Positions 12,647-24,971 are shown, numbered from the whole stretch's first letter. The stretch is DNA of 63,412 nt, filler included, from Octopus bimaculoides (GCF_001194135.2; 6 parts of 6 records of this genome joined end to end with filler, not necessarily neighbours in it), one strand, 5' to 3'. Made by a program: numbers and translations. Notes: generated by a model from the sequence alone, not told the origin.

Positions 12647-15600
12647 TCAGACATTGTTACTATCTTTCCACATCCTACTGCATTCACATGGAATTTTTGG
12701 TCTTCCAGAGTTGTCTTGATGTATAAGACAAGCTACATTTTTTAACAGTAAATTTTGGTCTGAAAAATTTGACTTGCATGCCAGAAAATACAGTATTAGT
12801 AAACAAAATACTGTGTGGTATTTAATTATAACCATTTATGTTCTGTGTTTAAATCTTATGTTGTTGGCACTCCGTCGCTTACGACGTCGAGGGTTCCAGT
12901 TGATCCGATCAACGGAACAGCTTGCTCGTGAAAGTAACGTGCAAGTGGCTGAGCACTCCACAGACACGTGTACCCTTAATGTAGTTCACAGGGAGATTCA
13001 GCGGACACAGAATATGACAAGGCTGGCCCTTTGAATTACAGGCACAACAGAAACAGGAAGTAAGAGTGAGAGAAAGTTGTGGTGGAAGAGTACAGCAGGG
13101 TTCGCCACCATCCCTTGCCGGAGCCTCGTGGAGCTTTAGGTGTTTTCGCTCAATAAACACTCACAACGCCCGGTCTGGGAATCGAAACCGCAATCCTATG
13201 ACCGCGAGTCCACTGCCCTAACCACTGGGCCATTGCGCCTCCTTAAATCTTATAAATACTGAGTAAATAGGTTTGTCACAAACCCTTAATCTCATTAGAT
13301 TGGAGCTCATCCCAGTTTCCATAGCATCTAAGCAACTGAGGGAGTGCAATATTCATCACTCTCTGAAAGGGACACCAGCCTGTCACAGGGTTAACTTCAA
13401 CCCCCATTTACTGATGGTATTCATTCTCAGATGAGATGACTGGAGCATCATGTAAAATGAAGTGTTTTACTCAAGAACAAAATACACAGCCCAATTTGGG
13501 GAATGAAACCAAAACCTTACAGTAGTGGATTTAACACCCTAGCCACTAGTCTATCTTACCAAAGTCAAATTTGCCTTTCATTCTTCCAGGGTCTGTCAGT
13601 AAAACAAAATACCAGACGTGTATGTATTAGAGTCAATATGACTAGACATATCGCTCCACTTAAAATTTTGTGACTTGTGTTAAAAATCAATATTTGTTAT
13701 GAATGATGGTGGAAAGGAGCAGTGAAAATTTGAATTTCAAAATTAAAACTCACATAATTAAGAGATAAGCTAATTGAACTAACATTTAGCAACAAAATCT
13801 CCAGGTTTTCTATGTTGATGAAACAGTAGACCCTTAGGAAGCTAAGTAACGGTCTGTATCAGGAAGCGTTAAGTAGGAAAAGACCACAAACAAAAATAAG
13901 TTATTTTGTGCTGAGGAAAAGAAGTTTAACCCTTTAGCATTTAAACCAGCCATATCTGGCCAAAATAATCTATGTTTTAAATTCAAATTACGACAAACGT
14001 AAATAAACGAAGTTTGCTTTTAGAAGCGTTGAGATGTCTTTCAGAAAGTTAAAGAAGTGATTTTAAATTCTCAATCACAGAATAATGCTAATAATATAGC
14101 CTGAACAGGATAAACTACCCCTATTTTACAGAGAAAAGTGTAGGTGGCTAGCTGTGGACACGAACTCACATCCCCGTGATTACATGTCACGATGCTTTGA
14201 CTGATTAAGCTAAACTACCCACTACAAATTCCTCTGCAAATTAAGATATATAAATCTCGCTTTATGAGACGCTCTCATATGTTAAATTCAAATTACGACA
14301 AACGTAAATAAACAAACGAAGTTTGCTTTTAGAAGCGTTGAGATGTCTTTCAGAAAGTTAAAGAAGTGATTTTAAATTCTCACAGCTAGCCACCTACACT
14401 TTTCTCTTCAAAATAGGGGTAGTTTATCCTGTTCAGGCTATATTATTAGCATTAATCTATGTTTTATCTTTGCATCAGCTAGATCTGGCCTCTCACACTT
14501 ACCCTACAATATTATTCTAAAAATTAACAATCATGTCAATGATCTCAAAGTTACAAGATAATGCTTGACTAATTCAAATCAATGTGAATAAATGAGCATT
14601 GCATTTGACAGAAATCTGAATGCTCAAAGGGCCAATATTTTGGGAAGAACACTTTGTCAGAGAGAGATGAAACCATACTGTCATTTAGCCCTAGGTCAGC
14701 ACTGATGACGCAGACCTGTGATCAAAAGCATTCCATCCATGAATATCCTGTTTATTTATTTATTTTGTTATGTGCAAGAAACCCAAGATTACATTTTATT
14801 ATTATCCAACTTGGCCTTTTCTAAGATGTATAGTGTGGTTCTAAAAGCATTTGGCTGCTATTTCTAGCGGATCAAGCAACCAATTAAAGACTCCCTCACA
14901 GGCTCTGGAAGAATGGTTTACTGGTAGTGCTGGATAAATAGATTGGAAGTAGTGGGAGGGAGAACAAATTAATATAACAGAGGAGGAGGAGGAGAGTAGT
15001 AAGGGGGGAAACTAGTGATAGCAGGAGGGCAGTGGTCAAAGCAAGTTGATAACAAAAGGAATGTTAATAAATTTAAAAATCAAGGAAAGGAGGTGTTTGT
15101 AGCCATCACTTACCAGCAAGTATAACCTGGTAGCTTGTATCATGCTTTCACTTATTGCTTTAGATGGTTGTGTAGTCATGTGTTGGACACTCTCTTATCC
15201 CTCAAACCTTTGACCCAGCAGGAAACCAAAGATGGGACAACTGGATGGAGAGAGGTACTGCAAAGTTTTTAATTCAATGATCCATACATTCTGCTAATCT
15301 GCTAAGTTCAAATATCGTAAATGAGTCTCTGTTGCTTACAATGGTAAAGATTCAGCTGATCGACCGAATTTATCTACTCGTCATGTTAAGTGGTTGAGTA
15401 TTCCACAGACAAGTGTACTATTAACATAATCTTCAGCTAGAATCAGGAGTCAGTATGATTAAGTGTTTGATGACAAGGCTAAACCTTTAAATTACAGGTA
15501 CATTTCATCCAACTGGCTTTAACATGGGTGTGGTATACCCAAGTCATTCGCAAGGATTGGGTGGACACAAGCCATGATAAAAGACTAAATGCCATGATGT

Positions 15601-17637
15601 AGAATTAGGCCTTGGATACATCATCACCACCATCATCATCGTCACCACCACCATCACCATCATTATCTTCATCTAATATCCATATTCCATGACAGATGGT
15701 TTGACAGCATCTTATAAGCTGGAGAACTGCATTGAGCTCCAATGTTTGGTTTGTCATGGCTTCTACAGCTGGATGCCTTTCCTAATACCAACCACTTTAC
15801 AGAATATACAGGGTGCTTTTTTCTTTGTGTGCCTGTGTGTGACACTGGCACTGGTGAGATCATCAAGTAATGCAAGATAAAGATAAAAATAAACTTGACT
15901 GAGTGGAGTTATAGTAGAGAGGGTGGTGGCTTTATGTCAATTACTGAGAGCTTACAGTATGATATAGGGACAAGCACAGTTGTCTTACTATAGAGGAGAT
16001 GCATGATCCAGAATTAACTATTTCAATGAAATTGGGCAAATTAAAAAAAAAAAAAAACTGACAGAACTTTATAAACAGAACTATAGTAATGAATACCAAC
16101 CATGTTAATTTATGTTCCAAACACCAGCTTAATAATGATAAAGTTATTTGACAAAATTCTTCATTGCTTTCAAAATTATTGAAATAAAAGCAATGTATTT
16201 CAGCAGAAATGATAACAAAAGGGTTAAAACATTTGATTTTCAAGTGAAATAAAACTTGCTTGTGTCAACTCTTGGTAAGTTCCTAAAATTTAGTGCTAAA
16301 GCTGTATTTCATTTTCTTAATACCCTTGGGAGATGAATGAATACCACAAGAGCTACTAAGTTGATTTATTGAAATATTTATAAGCTTATGATGGAGTAGT
16401 GACATGTTTACTCAACCTAGTGGTGTAAGTTGTATGGCTAGAGTGCATGCCATCAGGGGAAGCCCTTGTATTAGCAACTCATCCACCCCCAGATACATAC
16501 AAGCCTACACAGGCTTATACAGCCGACACAAATGTGTTGCTCTCATAAAAGTGTTGCCCAAAGCAAACAGCCACCTCCACCATCCCCTTTCAACCCCACC
16601 CCCAGCTATGCTACTGACTCAACCTACAAAAAACAGAAGCCAAATCTCTCCCAAATCCCAATTGTGAAGGGAGCCTGAGGAAGGGGTAGACCCAAGAAGA
16701 CGTGGGACGAAGTGGTGAGAAAGGATCTTCAGATATTGAGCCTCACTGAGGAGATGACAAGGGACCAAAGCTCCTGGCAATTTACTGCGTTTGGAAGACA
16801 CATCAAGCTAAGTAAAATCTTGACCATCCATTCATACAGGAATGTCTTTTATGGCCATAACCACCCCTGTTTCCCTCACACACAGATGCACACACACGCA
16901 TGCGCACACACACAATTTTGTCTTCTGGTAAAACTTGACCACAACAACTGCAGACCCCTCCAGTTCCTCTCAACATCATTTGCTATTTCTAAATATCTTC
17001 CTTTACACTCTTATGAAACATCTCTATCCCCTCTGTGTTATTTAAACCTCACCTGCCCCACATACTTTTCCCTGTGAGTAGACCCTCTCTCTCCCAGCTC
17101 CCTTCTCTTCCTTGTTAAACTGCTGTGTTCTGTACATACAGCAACATGATTGCATGACATTTCATTTCTTGTGTTTTATCTGCCATGGGAATTTGAAATA
17201 TATAAAAACCTTTTATTTGGTTTGAAGAGAGTAATATCCTGATAATTAAGTGTACTCAAATATACTGGAAATATCTATCTATCTATATATATATATATNN
17301 NNNNNNNNNNNNNNNNNNNNNNNNNNNNNNNNNNNNNNNNNNNNNNNNNNNNNNNNNNNNNNNNNNNNNNNNNNNNNNNNNNNNNNNNNNNNNNNNNNNN
17401 NNNNNNNNNNNNNNNNNNNNNNNNNNNNNNNNNNNNNNNNNNNNNNNNNNNNNNNNNNNNNNNNNNNNNNNNNNNNNNNNNNNNNNNNNNNNNNNNNNNN
17501 NNNNNNNNNNNNNNNNNNNNNNNNNNNNNNNNNNNNNNNNNNNNNNNNNNNNNNNNNNNNNNNNNNNNNNNNNNNNNNNNNNNNNNNNNNNNNNNNNNNN
17601 NNNNNNNNNNNNNNNNNNNNNNNNNNNNNNNNNNNNN

Positions 17638-17685
<48 letters not shown>

Positions 17686-19201
17686 TTCTATGTTTGTGTG
17701 TATGTATGAGGAGCTTATTAGCAGTCAACAGCCATCCAACAATATGTATACATATGTATGTATGTATGCATGTATAACTGCGTGGGAATATAGAAATACC
17801 CGAGTTGGTGTCCAGGCATGTGGTTGGCCCCACTGAGAGTGGGAGGCCCCTCTGTTGTTGTCACAACATCTCTCTAGGAGAGGGAAACTCTGAGAGAGTT
17901 GTATTATTTAGTAAAATCAAAAAAATACCATGGACTTGCTAACATTTCCGTCAGTCTTTTTTGCAGAGAAAATTTAACTGGTGTGAATCTAACAAATAGA
18001 CAGTTTTTGGGATGTAAAACTCTACTGTCTATTTTTAATTTAAAACCTGTCAACTTTTCTCTCAAAAAAGATATTGATAGAAATGTTGGATTTTCCACTT
18101 CCTCAGCAAGTCCCTGTATTCTTTTACTACATACACTCACAAACATATACACACATAATACATATATTTCTATTTATATTCATAGACATATATACATATA
18201 TCATCATCATCATCGTTTAACATCCGCTTTCCATGCTAGCATGCGTTGGACAATTTGATCTGGCAGAGTTTCTATTGCTGGATGCCCTTCCTAACGCCAA
18301 CCACTCCGAGAGTGTAGTGGGTGCTTTTATGTGCCACCGGCACGAGGGCAGTCAATTTAAAGAACCTAATTCAACTGAATCTTAATTATATTATATATGA
18401 GGCACCAAGTCAGTTCAGTCTGTGCAGCTGGAAGTTAGGTGAACAAAATACAAATAAGTGACAAGGCAGGTATCAGTGCATCACGGCCAGTTCCAGCAGC
18501 CCCATTTAATTGACCAATGAAAACGTTACATCAATATATATATAATCTGTAATGGTTTTAGTGATTAGGCTATCTTTATTCCTTTTCTATGGTGCACCAC
18601 CCTACCTGATCATTTTATTTTATAACCTTTAATAAATCTAATCTTTGTACCCCTATTAAATCATGCTTAGCTTATATAATTAAACAATACCGGTATCTCC
18701 ACAACTTAAAATAATTAAATTTAATTAAATTAGTATATGGTTAACATGTTCTTTAGCCTCAGTGCTCCTTCATTAAATACCAGTTAAATTCCAATTGATC
18801 AATCTCCATAGATACAATCTAAGTTAATATTTAGATAAATAATAAGTATAAATATTAAACTATTTCTATGTAATTTTCTTTTTCTCTCTATTGTGGTAAA
18901 ATTTGGTATATGCTCAAAAGTATTCATAGAAGTTTTATCCTTTTGTTATAATATCATTCTTAATAATCTTCTGGACTACCCTAAATTTTAACTTTATACA
19001 ATATGGCAATATTGTTTGAAAAATTGTCCTTAATTGTGGTATAAAGTTTTTGGCTGCTCTTTCTGGCGGGTTAGATGTCCTATTATAGGCATCTCTGTAT
19101 TTTAAATGAATAATACATAGTCTATTGACGGTAATCTTCAAGTTTAGGGGTAAAAAAAGTAAATAAAAATATTCAAGGGAAATAACTGAACGACTTACCA
19201 T
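12647..19201 (-). CDS. Uncharacterised 7-exon gene, predicted about 205 aa (exons 19199-19201, 17929-18113, 17140-17238, 16324-16355, 15945-16017, 13754-13853, 12647-12772)
   Basis: ATG|GTAAGT at the edge of a CpG-rich promoter. All junctions are GT-AG and phase-compatible; total 618 nt = 205 aa + stop. Starts MGLAEEVENPTFLSISFLREKLTGF. No family recognised. Exons 4, 5 and 7 are less certain. Confidence 0.55.
12860..13242 (-). mobile_element. Full-length young tRNA-derived SINE with (AAC)n tail
   Basis: Head GGAGGCGCAATGGCCCAGTGGTTAGG with A/B-box-like motifs; 11-bp TSD ttaaatcttat (12849-12859, 13243-13253); CpGs intact. Confidence 0.85.
13754..13853 (-). CDS. Exon 6 (PLLSFLRVYCFINIENLEILLLNVSSISLSLNY)
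   Basis: Pyrimidine tract plus branch-like cttaac before gatacag|A; strong donor TAT|gtgagt; 100 nt. Confidence 0.5.
13926..14631. mobile_element. piggyBac-type MITE (family B) carrying a 473-bp secondary insertion (13980-14452)
   Basis: TTAA-CCCTTTAGCATT...AATGCTCAAAGGG; duplicated taatctatgtttta at 13966-13979 and 14453-14466. Confidence 0.65.
14146..14219 (-). pseudogene. tRNA-like sequence (Thr-UGU-like anticodon arm), a pseudo-tRNA or SINE head
   Basis: GGTAGTT-TAGCTTAATCAGTCAAAGC-AT-CGTGA-CATGTAA-TCACG-GGGAT-GTGAG-TTCG...AGCTAGC. Perfect 5-bp anticodon stem and 6/7 acceptor pairs, but A at position 33 and a damaged T arm. Confidence 0.55.
17140..17238 (-). CDS. Exon 3 (W-ILLSSNQIKGFYIFQIPMADKTQEMKCHAIML)
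   Basis: Acceptor attatcag|G, donor CT|gtatgt, 99 nt, phase 2 to 2, in frame with exon 2. Confidence 0.6.
17929..18113 (-). CDS. Exon 2 of the uncharacterised gene (GLAEEVENPT...EMLASP)
   Basis: Acceptor aatacag|GGA, donor TG|gtattt, 185 nt open, phase 0 to 2. Confidence 0.65.
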
Positions 19202-19440
19202 TATTATCCGTTTTCTTTTAGCTGTTTATAAATAAATCACACACGTGCTTTTTTTTTTTTTTTTCTAAAACAGCATGCGACGGAATTTTTTCTTATAAAA
19301 GTTTAAAATGTTTTTTTCTTTTTCCAAAACGGAAACGAAATGGTTTGCAGGGCGATCTTTCGATTCTAGTCCACCACAACTTCTGGTCGTTGCGCGCACG
19401 CATACTGATTACATGATCGTATAGTGTGTTTATGTGTTTA
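19202..19440 (-). promoter_or_regulatory. CpG-rich promoter/5'UTR of the uncharacterised minus-strand gene
   Basis: Dense CpG (e.g. gttgcgcgcacgca, NRF1-like) directly upstream of ATG|GTAAGT. Confidence 0.5.
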
Positions 19441-20083
19441 AAGTTTCAGTTCTGATGGCACCTTACTCACTCGCAACTTGGCCACACGTTTGCTGCAGTA
19501 CGAAAGCAAGAGCACCCATTCCTCTGTCCTTATTGCCTCTGTGGAGTGCTTTACAGCATTGGTTGTCAAGCGATATTGGGGAGACATAGACACACAAACA
19601 CACACATATACATACGACGGGCTTCCTTCAGTTTCCGTCTACCAAATCCACTCATAAGGTTTTGGTCGGTCCGAGGCTATAGTAGAAGACATTTGCCCAA
19701 GGTGCCACGCAGTGGGATTGAACCCGGAACCGTGTGGTTGGTAAGCAAGCTACTTACCTCACAACCACTCCTGCGCGTATGTTATGTAATTATATGATCG
19801 AATTAAAAAATGAAACAGTATGTCTATTGCTACCTAACACATAAAAATTATATATTTCACCTAAAATTTAGATGCAAGGGAGACCACTGAGAAAGGAAAA
19901 AAGAAAAAAAGATTTTTCCAGGGAGGTTACTCTGTTTTACTATTTTCTTAAAAATCCGATTTTGATTTTTAAATATGTGTGCATGTGCGTGAACGCGTGC
20001 TCGCGTCTGTCGAAGTATCTAAGTATACATGCATATATANNNNNNNNNNNNNNNNNNNNNNNNNNNNNNNNNNNNNNNNNNNN

Positions 20084-20095
20084 TTAATTAATTAA
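20084..20095. other. Artificial TTAATTAATTAA linker inside an N gap (also 34262-34273, 43474-43485, 60057-60068, 62305-62316)
   Basis: Identical 12-mer with stops in all six frames, always embedded between N runs. Confidence 0.9.
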
Positions 20096-20139
20096 NNNNN
20101 NNNNNNNNNNNNNNNNNNNNNNNNNNNNNNNNNNNNNNN

Positions 20140-20650
20140 ATTGTTTTGTCTTGGTATAAAAGATGGACTGCAACGAATATTCTGCTCAGTTCCACAGATT
20201 TGCTTGTCAGTTGTTTGACCTTAACCAGTTGAGCATGTCCCTTGGTGGCTGATGATATGTGCATCTCTGATCACGAACAGGAGTAGTGGGGGAGCCTCAT
20301 AGCCATTGAAAGGAATTCTTTGGGGTTTGAATAATTCACCTTTGGAAACATGGATGTTTTGCTCAACATCCTTAAATAAACCTTATTCAGGTACCTTTTG
20401 AGCGGGATGGGCTACTCGACCTGAAGAAAATTCTAACTGGGCCTCATCTGCGAGGTCATGCACTGTTTATCTTGATATGGGATCACCATGTCGCACACAT
20501 ATGGTTGTGATGCATGTGCCTGATGTACCCTTATCAGGCGGGTAGTCATGATGGGTATATTGGGCTTCATGTATTTTACCCCAGTGTCACTTTGATGGCA
20601 TGCACTGCTCTCTCACTCAATAATAATAGTAATAATAATAATAATAATAA
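20140..20650 (+). repeat. Interspersed repeat, LINE-3'UTR-like, with (AAT)n tail; partial inverted copy at 34318-34545
   Basis: Both copies share ccttaaccagttgagcatgtc..ggtggctgatgatatgtgcatctctgatca. Confidence 0.6.
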
Positions 20651-21090
20651 TAATACACATGCGCACACATACATGTGCACATTCAATGTTTTGTCCTGTA
20701 CTGTCCATAATTTTTTTCTTGATGTAAACCTTCTGCGGTCGATAAAGAAATCCTTATTATATTTTATAAGGTGAGCGAATGTTGGAAGAGTGGTCAGTGT
20801 AAAAGGACCAATTCTGAGCATACACCTGTAAAAAAAACGAAATTAAAAGTGAAGGGCTCTTGCCCTGTTAATCAGGCACTCGTGGCTTTTGTGGATTTTT
20901 CCACGAGGACCTTAAAACACCTCCCTCTATTGGGAGATTTTTTTGTTTAATTTTCATATTTAGTGTGTACATGATTTGAAAACCCATTGTATTGTCTTGT
21001 GTTGTGCTTTATGTTTGTGTCATGTCCTTTAATGTATCTTTATATTAGCCCTTGTGGCCAATAAAAGAATGAATTATTATTATTATTATT

Positions 21091-21369
21091 TTATGTTTGA
21101 CTTTTGCTTTGCATTTGTACAAGTTGGATACAAGTCTCACCCAGAGACCTCAAGAGACAACAAGTTAGAAGTTCATGTTGGTGTTATGCCTAGGGCACCA
21201 TATATTTGGATTTGTACATAGTGTTGTTCTAGAGAATGTTTAAGAAACCATAAGAAAATTATGTGTTTGTTTTAAAATTTGAGATCACATAGACAGTATT
21301 TTACGTAGGATATGGGCAGTTCCCATGAGCACTATCTTTTGAACTTCAGCCATTTTGGGGTTTCCTGGT
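21091..21369 (-). mobile_element. 3' end of an R4/Dong-type (RLE) non-LTR retrotransposon
   Basis: Minus strand PGNPKMAEVQKIVLMGTAHILRKILSM* then a 3'UTR; (ATT)n on both sides. Confidence 0.65.
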
Positions 21370-21377
21370 AATTATTA

Positions 21378-21414
<37 letters not shown>

Positions 21415-21616
21415 AGCTGTTAGCTGGCAGAATTGTTAGCATGCCGAACAAAATGCTTAGCGACATTTCATCCATCTTTACATTCTGCCAACTTCATCTT
21501 TGCCTTTCATCCTTTTGGGGGATCAGTAAACTAATTACTAATTGAACTCTGGGGTTGATGTAACTGACTTACTCTTCCCTGAAGTTGCCGGTCTTGTACC
21601 TATAATTGAAAGAATT

Positions 21617-21691
21617 CGTCTTCTTCTTCTTCTTCTTCTTCTTCTTCTTCTTCTTCTTCTTCTTCTTCTTCTTCTTCTTCTTCTTCTTCTT

Positions 21692-21773
<82 letters not shown>
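21617..21773. repeat. Compound (CTT)n-(ATT)n microsatellite
   Basis: Directly visible. Confidence 0.95.
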
Positions 21774-21774
<1 letters not shown>

Positions 21775-21900
21775 GGTGGCGAGCTGGCAGAACCATTAGT
21801 ACACTGGGTGAAATGCTTAGCTGTATTTCATCTGCCACTTTCGGGGTTGATTAAATAAGTACCAGTAATGCACTTGGGTCAATGTAAGTGATTTAATCCC

Positions 21901-22206
21901 CTCCTCCAAGCTGAGTGTAGTTCTTTGTTCATTGTCATTAATTTTCATGTTCTCCGGTCTATCTCTTGTAATTCATGCTTCTTCCAAGATACTATTCCTG
22001 CCCATATCTCATCAAAGCAACCGGCCACATGTTAATTGCACTGATCTTATAGCGGCCATTTAGCTTTGATTGGAGCACAAGCCAAGTTCTCCTCAAATAC
22101 TCTTTCCTGTACATTTCTTTCATCTTGTGTTCATTCATCTTAACTCTTTCAGTGATACTCAGGCACTTATATCTTTCCTTTCTGACTTGCTTTATAGTTT
22201 CACCAT
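21901..22206 (-). mobile_element. R4/Dong-type RT thumb-region fragment
   Basis: GETIKQVRKERYKCLSI...KEYLRRTWLVLQSKLNGRYKISAIN...GIVSWKKHELQEIDRRT*KLMTM; starts at an (ATT)n array. Confidence 0.7.
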
Positions 22207-22279
22207 ATTATTATTATTATTATTATTATTATTTTTATTATTTTAAAAAGGATTGACATAACTCTTCACAAAGGTAAAC

Positions 22280-23119
22280 AGTCAAGACGAAGAGCGCGAT
22301 TCGATTGTAAGATATTTTATTAGTTGAACGATATTTCAACAGTACGTCTGTCTTTGACAAGTTCAAAATAAGAAGTGATAAAAATTCAAATTTACAGAAA
22401 TTTAAACGTAAAGTATGAACGAAAGCAACCAGCGTCCACACGTTGATGGAATGACATCATCAGTTTTTAAGTTACAATTTTATAACAGGTGAAAAGAAAA
22501 AGACAGAAAAAAAACAGAAAAAAGATGACAGAAAAAAAGGAAAGAAAAAGAGAGAAAGAAAAATATTTAATCAAACAGCTTTGTATAAATTTGATGATAT
22601 TCTCCTGTCATTCATTCCTCCAGGGCGTGATGTTAACCCGCAAACATATTTCTCCTCATACATTCTGAGAAGTGAAAGTGAAGCAGATTCAGAATATTTT
22701 CTGAAAATACGCACTTTCATGTCTTCTTCAAAATTGCAGCTGCTTGAAACGAAATGTTCAGCAAGTTCTGTCGAACTACTGTTCTTGTGCCTGACGTCGA
22801 ATCTGTGCCCATTAAACCTTTTGTTTAATCATTCTGTTGTACAACCAATATAAATTAAGTTTTTCTGTTGTCTTCTTTTTTCTGTTTTATTTCTGTCTTT
22901 TTCTTTTTGCCTGTTATAAAATTGTAACTTAAACACTGATGATGTCATTCCATCAACGTGTGGACGCAGGTTGCTCTCATTCATACTTTACGTTTAAATT
23001 TCTGTAATTTTGAATTTTTATCACTTCTTATTTTGAACTTGACAAAGACAGACTTACTGTTGAAATATCGTTCAACTAATAAAATATCTTACAATCGAAT
23101 CGCACTCTTTGTCTTGACT
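22280..23119 (-). mobile_element. Penelope-like retroelement fragment: GIY-YIG endonuclease remnant flanked by inverted pseudo-LTR arms
   Basis: 22571-22852 (-) translates YIGCTTE*LNKRFNGHRFDVRHKNSSSTELAEHF...YEEKYVCGLTSRPGGMN. Arms at about 22280-22540 and 22860-23119 are reverse complements. Confidence 0.85.
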
Positions 23120-23137
23120 ATTATTTTTATTATTATT

Positions 23138-23172
<35 letters not shown>

Positions 23173-23466
23173 TATTATTATTATTATTATTATTAAGGTG
23201 GAGAGCTGGCAGAATTGTTGGCATGTTGGGTGAAATGTGTAGCAGTATTCCATCTGTTTTAACATTCTGAGTTCAAATTCCGCTGAGGTCAACTTTACCT
23301 TTCATCCTTTCGGGGTCAATAAATTACATACCAGTTGAATACTGGAGTCAATCTAATTGATTAGCTCTCCCGCCTCAATATTCAGGCCTTGTGCCTTAAT
23401 TGGGATTACTATTATTATTATTGTTGTTGTTATTATTATTGTTATTATTATTATTATTATTATTAT

Positions 23467-23517
<51 letters not shown>

Positions 23518-24729
23518 TAGGTAACTTGGCAAAATCCTTAGAACCAAAACGCTTTATGGAATTTCTTCTGATAATTTACAGCTTGAATTCAGAGCCTTCC
23601 AAGGTTAATTTTTACCTNNNNNNNNNNNNNNNNNNNNNNNNNNNNNNNNNNNNNNNNNNNNNNNNNNNNNNNNNNNNNNNNNNNNNNNNNNNNNNNNNNN
23701 NNNNNNNNNNNNNNNNNNNNNNNNNNNNNNNNNNNNNNNNNNNNNNNNNNNNNNNNNNNNNNNNNNNNNNNNNNNNNNNNNNNNNNNNNNNNNNNNNNNN
23801 NNNNNNNNNNNNNNNNNNNNNNNNNNNNNNNNNNNNNNNNNNNNNNNNNNNNNNNNNNNNNNNNNNNNNNNNNNNNNNNNNNNNNNNNNNNNNNNNNNNN
23901 NNNNNNNNNNNNNNNNNNNNNNNNNNNNNNNNNNNNNNNNNNNNNNNNNNNNNNNNNNNNNNNNNNNNNNNNNNNNNNNNNNNNNNNNNNNNNNNNNNNN
24001 NNNNNNNNNNNNNNNNNNNNNNNNNNNNNNNNNNNNNNNNNNNNNNNNNNNNNNNNNNNNNNNNNNNNNNNNNNNNNNNNNNNNNNNNNNNNNNNNNNNN
24101 NNNNNNNNNNNNNNNNNNNNNNNNNNNNNNNNNNNNNNNNNNNNNNNNNNNNNNNNNNNNNNNNNNNNNNNNNNNNNNNNNNNNNNNNNNNNNNNNNNNN
24201 NNNNNNNNNNNNNNNNNNNNNNNNNNNNNNNNNNNNNNNNNNNNNNNNNNNNNNNNNNNNNNNNNNNNNNNNNNNNNNNNNNNNNNNNNNNNNNNNNNNN
24301 NNNNNNNNNNNNNNNNNNNNNNNNNNNNNNNNNNNNNNNNNNNNNNNNNNNNNNNNNNNNNNNNNNNNNNNNNNNNNNNNNNNNNNNNNNNNNNNNNNNN
24401 NNNNNNNNNNNNNNNNNNNNNNNNNNNNNNNNNNNNNNNNNNNNNNNNNNNNNNNNNNNNNNNNNNNNNNNNNNNNNNNNNNNNNNNNNNNNNNNNNNNN
24501 NNNNNNNNNNNNNNNNNNNNNNNNNNNNNNNNNNNNNNNNNNNNNNNNNNNNNNNNNNNNNNNNNNNNNNNNNNNNNNNNNNNNNNNNNNAAGGTGCAGT
24601 AGTATGTCAGGCAGGCATGGGCGGCTGTTTTTGTGAAGTAAGTTGCATGAGACATGGCTTGTCATCAGGTGGGCTGCCCTACTAAAAAAAAAAATTCAAG
24701 GTAATTTTTTTGTGTTAAGAATCAGATAT

Positions 24730-24935
24730 ACTTTTATTCTTTTATCTGTTTCAGTCATTTGACTGCAGCCATGCTGGAGCACCGCCTTTACTGAAATAAA
24801 TTGACCCCAGGACTTACTCTTTATAAGCTTAGTACTTATCCTATTGGTCTCTTTTGCCAAGCCGCTAAGTTACAGGGATGTAAACACACCAACATCGGTT
24901 GTCAAGTGTTGGTAGGGTGATAAACAGACACACAA

Positions 24936-24971
<36 letters not shown>

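Noticed and set aside
14146-14219. Functional tRNA-Thr gene
   Set aside because: A33 instead of U33, damaged T arm, acceptor mismatch, and located inside a TSD-flanked insertion
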